From: a virus
Reading direction: 5' to 3' (one strand)
Length of the DNA stretch: 64,000 nucleotides
IMG/VR virus record: IMGVR_UViG_3300050343_000230
Coordinates: 1 to 64,000 of that record
Made by a program: the position numbers and the translations under genes. The notes under the pieces were generated by a model, which worked only from the letters and a program-made list of their open reading frames with translations, ran no database searches and was not told the DNA's origin. Of this stretch, positions 9,819 to 17,952 are shown one piece after another (positions within the stretch are counted from its first letter, which is position 1; every line of letters starts with the position of its first letter).

Positions 9819-10317
9819 TATCAATGTCAAAGTCTTTGAACATTGGTTAGATAATTTAGATAGCGCATCGAGAGAGTCTTTTTCTGCTTTTGCAGAAGAG
9901 ACTTTTTCTCCTATCCAGGTTTATTTATACGCTAAATTCCTGGGGTATGAAAGCAGCATCATTGCTGTGGACCATTGGGTAGCAGCTGTATACCCAAAGC
10001 CTGATCATTATCGAGTGCTGCTGCATGAGATTAATGAGATGCAAGAAGACATCCGCAAACTCCGGGAAGACATTGAGAATACTGCAGTCAAGCGTGATGC
10101 TGGCGTAGCACGTATTGCTCAAATGCAGAAAGAGCTTCGAGGGACTATTGCCCAGGTTGATTCCTTTGTGTCATCTAAAGATAGAAAAGGATTATTGATG
10201 GCAGGAGCAGACCGAGCCTTACGTGAACTGGCTTCTGTGTTTAAAGATGATCCTATTGAAGGGCCTTTACAAGAAGCTTCAATGTCTGTATGGGCTAGAA
10301 TTCAGTTTGAAGAATAG
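9688..10317 (+). CDS. Coiled-coil protein, candidate terminase small subunit (start uncertain: TTG 9649, GTG 9688 or GTG 9700)
   Basis: Helical/coiled-coil protein shortly upstream of terL; function inferred from position only. Confidence 0.45.
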   Translation: MTKNVKPSGKELLNNASQRTSSNSSAKKTKPGITARHKRDIDSNINVKVFEHWLDNLDSASRESFSAFAEETFSPIQVYLYAKFLGYESSIIAVDHWVAAVYPKPDHYRVLLHEINEMQEDIRKLREDIENTAVKRDAGVARIAQMQKELRGTIAQVDSFVSSKDRKGLLMAGADRALRELASVFKDDPIEGPLQEASMSVWARIQFEE

Positions 10318-10326
10318 GTTTATTTA

Positions 10327-10512
10327 GTGGAAGAATCTGCTGGACCATCTGTAGAATCTTCGTTCACGCATAAGTCGATGAACAATATTTTGCAGACCTT
10401 AGATCGTAACCGCCGTTTAAGTCCTGGCTTCAATAACTTCCGCCCAGTGGATGAAACCCCACAGGGAGGTAACCCATATCCCGATCAACCCTTAGCAGGG
10501 AAGTATATGTAA
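10327..10512 (+). CDS. Small hypothetical protein ending PLAGKYM
   Basis: 61-aa ORF, stop overlaps next ATG. Confidence 0.5.
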   Translation: MEESAGPSVESSFTHKSMNNILQTLDRNRRLSPGFNNFRPVDETPQGGNPYPDQPLAGKYM

Positions 10513-10667
10513 TGGCTAAGAAAAAAATGCCGCCTCAACTGGTGGAATATTACAAAAAGAAAACAGGCGGTAAGGACGGAGATGATGCTGAGAAATCAGC
10601 AGAGAAAGGATTGAAAGCTGCTAAGGCAGCTAAAAAACATAAAGATTGTAACTGCAAAGACAAGTAA
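10512..10667 (+). CDS. Small Lys-rich protein (51 aa, not in ORF track)
   Basis: Translated by hand: MAKKKMPPQLVEYYKKKTGGKDGDDAEKSAEKGLKAAKAAKKHKDCNCKDK; TAATG coupling. Confidence 0.7.
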   Translation: MAKKKMPPQLVEYYKKKTGGKDGDDAEKSAEKGLKAAKAAKKHKDCNCKDK

Positions 10668-10697
10668 GTTACTATTTAGTAACTACTAGGTCTGCTT

Positions 10698-12224
10698 GTG
10701 CCTTCTCATCTTCACTTAGCTTATCGGCGTAATGCAAAAGCTGCTGCAGCAAACCATCGCATACGCAAGAGTGATCAAGACGAGATTTACGAAAGAGCAA
10801 GAGAAGACTTTGGTTTTTTCTGTGAGTACGTAGCTGATAAAGCTCCAGCAGAACATCACAAGCACTGGAACCAACAGTTAGTTACAAACCAGAACAGCTC
10901 ATGTCTAACAAAAATTGCTGGACCCAATATTGACCTATTGGGGCCGCGTGGATCAGCCAAGAGCACTGTCCTAGGTTTATATACTGCCTGGGCCATTGGT
11001 GTACATACCACAGCCAAAAAGCCCCTACAAATTCTTTACCTCAGTTATACAGTTGATATTGCAAGATCCAAATCTGCCACGATCAAACGGATCATCGAAT
11101 CTAAAAAATATCAGAATGTATTCCCTACCGTTAAGCTGCTCAAAAACGTTACTAGCAACGAGTACTGGTCCATCGACCACAAGTTTGCTGGTATTGATAC
11201 AACTGGTGAAGAACAGTTTACTTTATGTGCCGCTGGCCTTAAAGGATCGGTGACTTCAAAACGATCTCATCTTGTCATCATTGATGACCCTGTGAAATCT
11301 GCAGCAGATATTGGCAACCCAGACATCCGCAAGATGATGCAGGATAACTGGAATGCAGTGATTGCTCCCACGATGTTTGAAGGCGGCCGTGCGATATGCT
11401 TGGGGACACGATTCCGTCATGACGATATACATGCGACAACGTTCTGCCAACAGAACAATTGGATGCAGATCGTCCTATCAGCGATCTTAAATAACGAGGA
11501 GACAGGCGAAGAAGAGTCATACTGGCCGGACATGTGGTCACTAGAGTACCTAAAAGAAAAGAAAAGGCAAGCACCAATTGCATTCTCTTTCCAGTACATG
11601 AATCAAATTGTCAGACAGAATGAACTGTCCTTGGCACCTGAGTTACTGGTTAAAGCAGAGATTGCAACAGAATTTGATTGCCTTGGTATTGGTGTTGACT
11701 TGTCCGCTGGCATTAAAGAGAAGAACGATTACACCGTTATGGTCTTAGGAGGAAAAATTGGTAACAAGATTCATATCATTGACTATCGAAGAATTCGTGT
11801 CATGGGTAACCTAGAGAAACTTGATGCAATGAAAGAGCTTCTTAATGACTGGTCAATCGTTGGCCGTCAAGATGACGGCTTATACTTTCCTACTTTCTCT
11901 ACATGTGACATCTGGTCTGAAGCAGTTCAGTATCAAGCATCACTAGAAGCAGATTTCAAACGTGTTTGTTTAGAGCAAGAAGATCTTTACAATCTTATTT
12001 GGCATCCAGTTAAAGGATTCCGTGCAGATAAGCTTGCACGTTTCAGAGGTATAATGGGTATGTTCGAAGACCACAAAATCATTTTTAATCGTTACCGTAA
12101 TTTCACTACTATGTTCGAAGAGCTTACTAACTTTGGTGTTAGCTCTCATGACGACTGCGTGGATGCCTTGGTATGGCTTGTTAATGGTTTAATGAAACGA
12201 GGAAAACTCCAGGTAGATTATTAA
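10698..12224 (+). CDS. terL: Terminase large subunit
   Basis: Walker A-like GPRGSAKS, Walker B LVIIDDP, GTRF coupling motif, nuclease GVDLS and HDDCVDAL motifs. Confidence 0.93.
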   Translation: MPSHLHLAYRRNAKAAAANHRIRKSDQDEIYERAREDFGFFCEYVADKAPAEHHKHWNQQLVTNQNSSCLTKIAGPNIDLLGPRGSAKSTVLGLYTAWAIGVHTTAKKPLQILYLSYTVDIARSKSATIKRIIESKKYQNVFPTVKLLKNVTSNEYWSIDHKFAGIDTTGEEQFTLCAAGLKGSVTSKRSHLVIIDDPVKSAADIGNPDIRKMMQDNWNAVIAPTMFEGGRAICLGTRFRHDDIHATTFCQQNNWMQIVLSAILNNEETGEEESYWPDMWSLEYLKEKKRQAPIAFSFQYMNQIVRQNELSLAPELLVKAEIATEFDCLGIGVDLSAGIKEKNDYTVMVLGGKIGNKIHIIDYRRIRVMGNLEKLDAMKELLNDWSIVGRQDDGLYFPTFSTCDIWSEAVQYQASLEADFKRVCLEQEDLYNLIWHPVKGFRADKLARFRGIMGMFEDHKIIFNRYRNFTTMFEELTNFGVSSHDDCVDALVWLVNGLMKRGKLQVDY

Positions 12225-12448
12225 TGGAACATTTAGTAGCTGTTGTAATTGCTGGTATTACAGGAATTGGCTGGGGTACAGGCAAGCTCTTTGGTAGGCT
12301 TCGTACTCTAGAAGATCGTATTGATCGTCTCCCAATTGAGTACGTCTTAAAACAAGACTACATTCGGGAGATGCAACGAACGAATGATGAGTTCAGCGAA
12401 ATCAACGTTAAGCTTGATAAACTTGTGGAAAAGATTTTGTCCAAATGA
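12224..12448 (+). CDS. Small membrane-anchored coiled-coil protein
   Basis: N-terminal hydrophobic helix followed by heptad pattern. Confidence 0.65.
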   Translation: MEHLVAVVIAGITGIGWGTGKLFGRLRTLEDRIDRLPIEYVLKQDYIREMQRTNDEFSEINVKLDKLVEKILSK

Positions 12449-12624
12449 GCTACTACGTAGAATTGATGGAAGATAACAATGGTGATTTGGTTATGCAAAT
12501 TCCTGAAGAAGTAATGGAAACATTAGGTTGGGAACCAGGTCAGCTTCTTACTTGGGATTTAAAAGGGGATGGGATTATCTTGCAAAGATTAAATGGAGAA
12601 GGAGGTTATGAACCGGTAGAATAA
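12445..12624 (+). CDS. AbrB/MazE/SpoVT-like small DNA-binding protein (59 aa, not in ORF track)
   Basis: Translated by hand: MSYYVELMEDNNGDLVMQIPEEVMETLGWEPGQLLTWDLKGDGIILQRL...; GDL-x-x-x-IP...LGW-x-x-G pattern typical of the AbrB fold. Confidence 0.7.
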   Translation: MSYYVELMEDNNGDLVMQIPEEVMETLGWEPGQLLTWDLKGDGIILQRLNGEGGYEPVE

Positions 12625-12642
12625 TTAAAAGCTTTATTAGAT

Positions 12643-13245
12643 ATGATTGGTGGATTAGCAGGAAGAGCACTTTCCACTATAGGCAACTCAGGGGGTTTAG
12701 CTTCTCAGTACCCACTTGGCCTTGCTGGTCAAATTGGTGGCCTTAATAATCAGATCTCTCCTCAAGCAGAAGGCGGTAATTTCTTTGGGAGCGGTACTTC
12801 TTTTGGGGTAGGTGGATTGGTAGGACAGCTGCTTCCTCCTATTGACCCTGCAAAGCATCGTGATGTAATGGGAAGAGAAAGAAAACGAGGGAGGATACAA
12901 GACTTAATTAACGATCCAGCAGCTACTCCAGGAGAGGTACGTAATGGCGAAGGGTTTTTAGGAACGACCCTTCCACGTTTAGCGCAAGGTTTACCTAATG
13001 GAGAGCAAGGACCATCACAAGGGCCTAACACTCCAGAAGGGCCTAACACTCCAGTAAAATATTATCCAGGTATGGGCTACGGACCAGTTGGCCCAATGGG
13101 TGGCGGGTTACCTCCTACACCAATGGCTAGTATGTATGGCGGTCCTCAGATGGGACAAGCAATGCCTCAAATGGGACAAGTAGGTGGCTTACTTGGTAAT
13201 GCCAATTTCTTTAATGATCCAATGACTATCAAACGCGTAAGCTGA
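12643..13245 (+). CDS. Gly/Pro/Met-rich hypothetical virion-module protein
   Basis: 200 aa, low complexity, 18-nt tandem duplication encoding GPNTP x2; TAGAAT at 12617-12622. Confidence 0.6.
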   Translation: MIGGLAGRALSTIGNSGGLASQYPLGLAGQIGGLNNQISPQAEGGNFFGSGTSFGVGGLVGQLLPPIDPAKHRDVMGRERKRGRIQDLINDPAATPGEVRNGEGFLGTTLPRLAQGLPNGEQGPSQGPNTPEGPNTPVKYYPGMGYGPVGPMGGGLPPTPMASMYGGPQMGQAMPQMGQVGGLLGNANFFNDPMTIKRVS

Positions 13246-13532
13246 TGGCACAAGACGACTCAAAATATACCAAGCCAGGAGTTCGTGAACGGATTAAAAA
13301 CCGTGTCATGAAAGGAACTAAAGGTGGTAAAGCCGGTCAGTGGTCTGCGCGTAAAGCACAGCTCGTAGCTTCCGAGTACAAGAAAGCTGGTGGCGGGTAC
13401 AAAGGTGGAGAAGGAAAGAAGCAAAAATCTTTAAAGAAATGGGGCAAAGAGGATTGGCAGACCAAAGATCAATATGAAAAAGGTAGAAAAGCTGCTACTG
13501 CAGCTAAAAAAGCTAAGGACAAAAGATCATGA
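13245..13532 (+). CDS. Basic protein, N-terminal half of a DUF5872-like protein
   Basis: KYTKP..RERIK...GGKAGQWSARKAQL.A.EYKK.GGGY...QKSLKKW...WQTK motif. Confidence 0.7.
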   Translation: MAQDDSKYTKPGVRERIKNRVMKGTKGGKAGQWSARKAQLVASEYKKAGGGYKGGEGKKQKSLKKWGKEDWQTKDQYEKGRKAATAAKKAKDKRS

Positions 13533-13651
13533 AACAAGCTAAAAAAGATTTACAGAAAATCTCCAAACAGTTAAAAGGCAGTGCCAAGATGCATGCCAGC
13601 CAAGCTAAAAAAATTGACAAGCTTGCCGGTAAATACATGGAGAAAAAATAA
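13529..13651 (+). CDS. Small Lys-rich protein (40 aa, not in ORF track)
   Basis: MKQAKKDLQKISKQLKGSAKMHASQAKKIDKLAGKYMEKK; coupled on both sides (ATGA, TAATG). Confidence 0.65.
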   Translation: MKQAKKDLQKISKQLKGSAKMHASQAKKIDKLAGKYMEKK

Positions 13652-14349
13652 TGGATTTAGCAGGTAAATTGATGGGCGGACTTAAATCTGTTGCAGGAGC
13701 AGGTTTAAATTTATTGCCAGACAGAATCAATTTGTTTGGTCGTTACTTGACAGGTGTCGGTAATTCTAATTTGCAATTAGATCGTTCTACTGAACAATCC
13801 TTAATCAATGCAACTGAAAAACCTCCTGTCTCTATGGGAATGGTACGTAGTTGGCCAGATCAAAGAACTGCAATAGAAGGTGATCTTTCTAAAAGCAAGA
13901 TGGTAGAAAGCCCAGTGGTTGCAGCAGGCCCAGGCATTCCAACCTCTGGTCCAACGATGCCATATATGAGTGGTGATCAAGTAGCTTCTCAAACACTCGG
14001 ACGCTTTAATGCAGAAGTGACTCCAACCACTGTTCGTGTTAAAGATACTTATGACATGGTCAATGAATCAGAAGATCCTGATTTAGTTAGCGGTCAATTC
14101 CAACCAGGCAAAGCGTATAGAACTTTGCAAGGAGCTTTTGATCCGACAAAAATTTATCATCCAAGGATTGATCAACTACAAGATATCAGCCATTTACTAA
14201 AACCTGAAGAAAAAGATTTTGGTGCTTACATGCGCGAGGTGGGTAAAGGCACAACAAGAAGTCCCTTAACAGATGTGGCTCGTGCTGCCATGTACGCATT
14301 ACCTGTTCAATTTCAACCGTATGAAATTGATTACACGATTCAACGCTAA
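13651..14349 (+). CDS. Hypothetical protein
   Basis: 232 aa, coupled start. Confidence 0.7.
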   Translation: MDLAGKLMGGLKSVAGAGLNLLPDRINLFGRYLTGVGNSNLQLDRSTEQSLINATEKPPVSMGMVRSWPDQRTAIEGDLSKSKMVESPVVAAGPGIPTSGPTMPYMSGDQVASQTLGRFNAEVTPTTVRVKDTYDMVNESEDPDLVSGQFQPGKAYRTLQGAFDPTKIYHPRIDQLQDISHLLKPEEKDFGAYMREVGKGTTRSPLTDVARAAMYALPVQFQPYEIDYTIQR

Positions 14350-14351
14350 CC

Positions 14352-14561
14352 ATGGCAGACAAAGCAATCCAATCTGACGGTACGACCAAACGTTACCTCC
14401 CCAAGAAAGCATGGGCTTCTCTTTCCAAAGAAGAAAGGGAAGATACTGACCGCAAGAAACGAGAGGGATCTCGTAAAGGAAAACAATTTGTCGGTAACAC
14501 AGAGAAAGCAAAGAAAGCTGGTAAAGCTGCTAGGATGTATAAAAGTAAGGCTGGTAAATAA
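14352..14561 (+). CDS. Basic protein, C-terminal half of a DUF5872-like protein
   Basis: RYLPKKAW..LS.EE...TDRKKREGS.KGKQFV.NT motif. Confidence 0.7.
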   Translation: MADKAIQSDGTTKRYLPKKAWASLSKEEREDTDRKKREGSRKGKQFVGNTEKAKKAGKAARMYKSKAGK

Positions 14562-16942
14562 TGGCCGGAACGAGCGCCCGTCTAAGAGAAATCGTTAACT
14601 CATACATCGAAAGAGATGGTAATGAGTACGTTGACACGGGCATTGTCGCAGGTCATATCGCTCAGATGAAGCTCTTTGGTATCCGCCAAGGTGTTGAGTT
14701 CTTCCCTTCACAAGATAACTTCGGGAATCAGCGAAAAGATTTTATCGATAAAGTAATTAAATACAACAAGCTAGACACAAGACTTGATTCGATATGGGAT
14801 TATTTTCTTTGTGATGGAAAAGGGCTTTTCTACATCAGACCTACTAAAAATAATTATCGTCTCTATTATTTCCGTAGCCATGAGTATCGCTCTTATTACA
14901 ACGTAGATGGTGAATTAGAAGAAGTCGTAATCATCTACAGCTATAAAGTCAAGACTGGAAAAGGAGGCATTTACCAGGACATTGGTTTGTCCGGACTAAG
15001 TGGTGCCACTGATCATGAAAATCCTGGACAGAAGCGTTACATCCGTTTGTCAATCAAACCTGATGTTATCGAAGAAACTCACTCAGAAGGTGAAATTTCA
15101 TTTGACAATGTCAACATGATGACCCCTGGCAAAACCCAGAAATTTGCCAATGAGCTTTTATATATTCCTTGCGTTGAGATCTTCAACAACCCCAAGGGCT
15201 TCTCCATGGAAGGCAGTGGGGAATTTGACCAATTAGCCAACCACATCATTACGCATGATGAGTTGGTACGCAACATGAAAAAGAACTTGCAGTTCTTTGG
15301 TAATCCTACGTTGCTTTCTTCCCGTCCCAAGACGGATCTGATGGAGCCAGGGGGAGGTGGGGATGGATCTGCGCAACGTCCCTCTATTGCTGCAAACTCA
15401 GGTTTCAATAGTATGTCGCCAATGTCGCGATCTACCTTTAAACAAGATCCTATTCAACGTGGTGTTGACGGACAACTCCGTGTGCCACGTGTTATTGCCA
15501 ACCTTGAGCCTAACGATCGAGTTGGTTATATTGTTCCTGATGCAATTTCAGGTGACCAGAATGCATTTGTACGACAATATAGAGAAGAGATTCGTACAGC
15601 CCTTGGAGGTGTAGATGAACTTTCAATCTCCGCAGGTGTTACTGCGACCGAATATAAAAGTTTGTTTGGTCGTGTTGCAGCCACCAGCAAAAAGAAAGCG
15701 AATTCGATTTATACGCATGGGCTCTGCCGATGCATGGAACTAATCATTTTTCAAGAGGAACAACTCTTCAAAGATACATTGGCAGCTGCTGCACAATTTG
15801 AAAAACCAATCACGCCTTCGCCAGGAAGTGGTCCAGAAGAAATGCAGTTTTATCGCGAGGCGATGGAAGAATATGACCAGCGTGTAAATCAACTTATGAT
15901 GGCATGCGTTAAAGCACAGATGATTCCACCTGGTGTTAGGGGACTAATACCAGATGGAGACATTACAATGCTTTGGCGTTGGCTTGGGCCGGTTTATGAA
16001 GAATCGACTCAAGATATCCTGAACAATTCAATTGTTGTAAGAAACTTACAAGAATTGGGTGTTGATAGCATAGAAGCACTGAAATATCTTTTCCCTTCAA
16101 AAACAGAAGAGGAAAGAGCGGAGATGCTTTCAGGATTTCCGTTCAGGATGGTTAACGAGTTACAAGGTGCTTACAACCAATTCTCTCGTTTGATAGGGGG
16201 CATGATGCAGACCCCTCATCCCCAATCTCCAGATTTGCCTATGGCAGCTGACCCGAGATTGGACCTTACTCCATATCTGTATCGAACACTAGAAGCATTA
16301 CAAAAGGAGATGAGTTATGCAGGACGCTTCCGTCCAATCGATCCCACAGATGAGCCAGCCATCCGTGGCCCCGAGCAGTTACGTGGCGGCAGCACCGGCA
16401 GCTCCGGTAGCGGCTCCTCAGGCAGCCCCGGCTCAGGTGGGGACGTACTTCCCCCAGGCGGTGCCCCAGGCGGCTCCAGCCTCGACTACCAGTTACCAAT
16501 CAAACCCGTCAGCATTCGTCCCCCCTTCCCAGGGCCAGGCGGATCAGGGGAACCCATGGGAATCGGCCTTCAACAAGGTGGTGAACCTACTGGGCAGTCC
16601 GGTGCAATCCCCGTTCCAGGGAGCACCATCACAGGCCCCGGTTCAGACTCCGGGTCAGTATACCCCGGCCAATTGGGGTCAAACAGCATCGACCCAACCC
16701 GACGCATCAACGAGCTGGGGTCAGCAGACCTCGCAAACAAGCCCGACCTCATACAGCAGCTCTTCCCAAACTTCATCGATCAACTCCTTAGCCGACGTGG
16801 CGGATCTCCTTCAGTGGAGTCCGGAGAGTCAGATGGTAGTGGCGAACTACGGGACGGAAGCGCCAGCGATTCTAAACCAGTACGCTCTAAACCTGGAAGG
16901 AATGCTGGACAGCGCGGTCGCGTGGGGAAGCGAGGCAACTAA
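14561..16942 (+). CDS. Portal protein with a long C-terminal extension overlapping the scaffold gene
   Basis: 793 aa, positioned between terL and scaffold/capsid; helical core of about 585 aa plus a Gly/Ser/Pro-rich tail. Confidence 0.75.
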   Translation: MAGTSARLREIVNSYIERDGNEYVDTGIVAGHIAQMKLFGIRQGVEFFPSQDNFGNQRKDFIDKVIKYNKLDTRLDSIWDYFLCDGKGLFYIRPTKNNYRLYYFRSHEYRSYYNVDGELEEVVIIYSYKVKTGKGGIYQDIGLSGLSGATDHENPGQKRYIRLSIKPDVIEETHSEGEISFDNVNMMTPGKTQKFANELLYIPCVEIFNNPKGFSMEGSGEFDQLANHIITHDELVRNMKKNLQFFGNPTLLSSRPKTDLMEPGGGGDGSAQRPSIAANSGFNSMSPMSRSTFKQDPIQRGVDGQLRVPRVIANLEPNDRVGYIVPDAISGDQNAFVRQYREEIRTALGGVDELSISAGVTATEYKSLFGRVAATSKKKANSIYTHGLCRCMELIIFQEEQLFKDTLAAAAQFEKPITPSPGSGPEEMQFYREAMEEYDQRVNQLMMACVKAQMIPPGVRGLIPDGDITMLWRWLGPVYEESTQDILNNSIVVRNLQELGVDSIEALKYLFPSKTEEERAEMLSGFPFRMVNELQGAYNQFSRLIGGMMQTPHPQSPDLPMAADPRLDLTPYLYRTLEALQKEMSYAGRFRPIDPTDEPAIRGPEQLRGGSTGSSGSGSSGSPGSGGDVLPPGGAPGGSSLDYQLPIKPVSIRPPFPGPGGSGEPMGIGLQQGGEPTGQSGAIPVPGSTITGPGSDSGSVYPGQLGSNSIDPTRRINELGSADLANKPDLIQQLFPNFIDQLLSRRGGSPSVESGESDGSGELRDGSASDSKPVRSKPGRNAGQRGRVGKRGN

Positions 16943-17315
16943 CACCCTGATGGGTTATGCCAACTTCTCCGTCAATGAGCATCGCGAGAATCTGGCTTAC
17001 AACGAAATTCTTACTAACCCTGACATCTTGTCGGATTACACCTTGAATTTCTTTGGTCCTCAAGGTCCATATCCAGTCTACGAATCTGAAGCAGAATTAG
17101 CTACCCCTGGTTATCCAACTCAGCAGGTATCTAACGAGCAAATGATTCCTGGCGCAAACTTCCCTGCACCTCCACAGGCTGCTGCTCCTCAAGCTCCCCA
17201 AGATTTCTGGGGTTCTTTCAAGCAACAGATGGATCAAGATCCTACGCAAGCATGGCGTGTGATCAACCAGGCTTCACCTCAGGTGATGGCTAACAAACTC
17301 TTCGTCATGGAGTGA
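16317..17315 (+). CDS. Capsid scaffolding protein (putative)
   Basis: Pro/Ala/Gln-rich 332 aa upstream of the capsid gene; AGGAG SD at 16305-16309. Confidence 0.7.
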   Translation: MQDASVQSIPQMSQPSVAPSSYVAAAPAAPVAAPQAAPAQVGTYFPQAVPQAAPASTTSYQSNPSAFVPPSQGQADQGNPWESAFNKVVNLLGSPVQSPFQGAPSQAPVQTPGQYTPANWGQTASTQPDASTSWGQQTSQTSPTSYSSSSQTSSINSLADVADLLQWSPESQMVVANYGTEAPAILNQYALNLEGMLDSAVAWGSEATNTLMGYANFSVNEHRENLAYNEILTNPDILSDYTLNFFGPQGPYPVYESEAELATPGYPTQQVSNEQMIPGANFPAPPQAAAPQAPQDFWGSFKQQMDQDPTQAWRVINQASPQVMANKLFVME

Positions 17316-17319
17316 TCCA

Positions 17320-17841
17320 ATGCGTAACGCTTTGAAATATGGTATTCCTGCGGCTGCCGGTCTCGGCGCTGCAGGTCTTGTTGCCAGTCAAGGCGGGAAT
17401 CCTGTTGAAGCCGGTGGCGCTGCTATTGCTGCTGGCTTAGGCGGTGCTGCTGGTTTAGTAGGCGCTCGTCTACTTGCGGGTAAATACAGCCCTCAATTAG
17501 TATCTAAAATCCAACGTGGTTTAGGTACAGTTGAGGATCGGCTTTCCCAGGCAAGTGCAAATCGCCCTGATGGTTCGATGAGAGCCAATGCCTTACTGGA
17601 TTTATCTAGCGCGGCAGGTAACATTGCTGATTCAGTCACTGAACGTGGCATGGCTAAAGCTACTGCTGCTGGCCTAGTTCCAGCTTCTGCTGCTACTGCT
17701 GCCCTTGGCGGCTATGGTGCAGGACAAGCAGTTGGTGCTGTTGCCCAAATGATTGGCATTGATCCAGAACTCCCTGGTTCAAGCAATACAGTTAATTCCC
17801 GATTAAACATGCAAGGTATGAACTACCTTCCCATGTATTGA
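17320..17841 (+). CDS. Ala/Gly-rich hydrophobic virion-module protein
   Basis: 173 aa with three glycine-zipper-like segments. Confidence 0.65.
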   Translation: MRNALKYGIPAAAGLGAAGLVASQGGNPVEAGGAAIAAGLGGAAGLVGARLLAGKYSPQLVSKIQRGLGTVEDRLSQASANRPDGSMRANALLDLSSAAGNIADSVTERGMAKATAAGLVPASAATAALGGYGAGQAVGAVAQMIGIDPELPGSSNTVNSRLNMQGMNYLPMY

Positions 17842-17926
17842 TTAGCACTTAAAATATTTAAGACTGCTAAACTTTTATTTAGATAGGGTGATTGTTTTGC
17901 CCGAATCTTTCGTTTGACAAACTTAC

Positions 17927-17945
17927 TATCCGTATACGGAGGATA
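17927..17945 (+). promoter_or_regulatory. Structured capsid RBS (palindrome TCCGTATACGGA overlapping SD GGAGG)
   Basis: Perfect 12-bp palindrome 17929-17940 and alternative TATCC/GGATA pairing; SD at 17938-17942; GTG start at 17953. Confidence 0.5.
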
Positions 17946-17952
17946 AACACAA

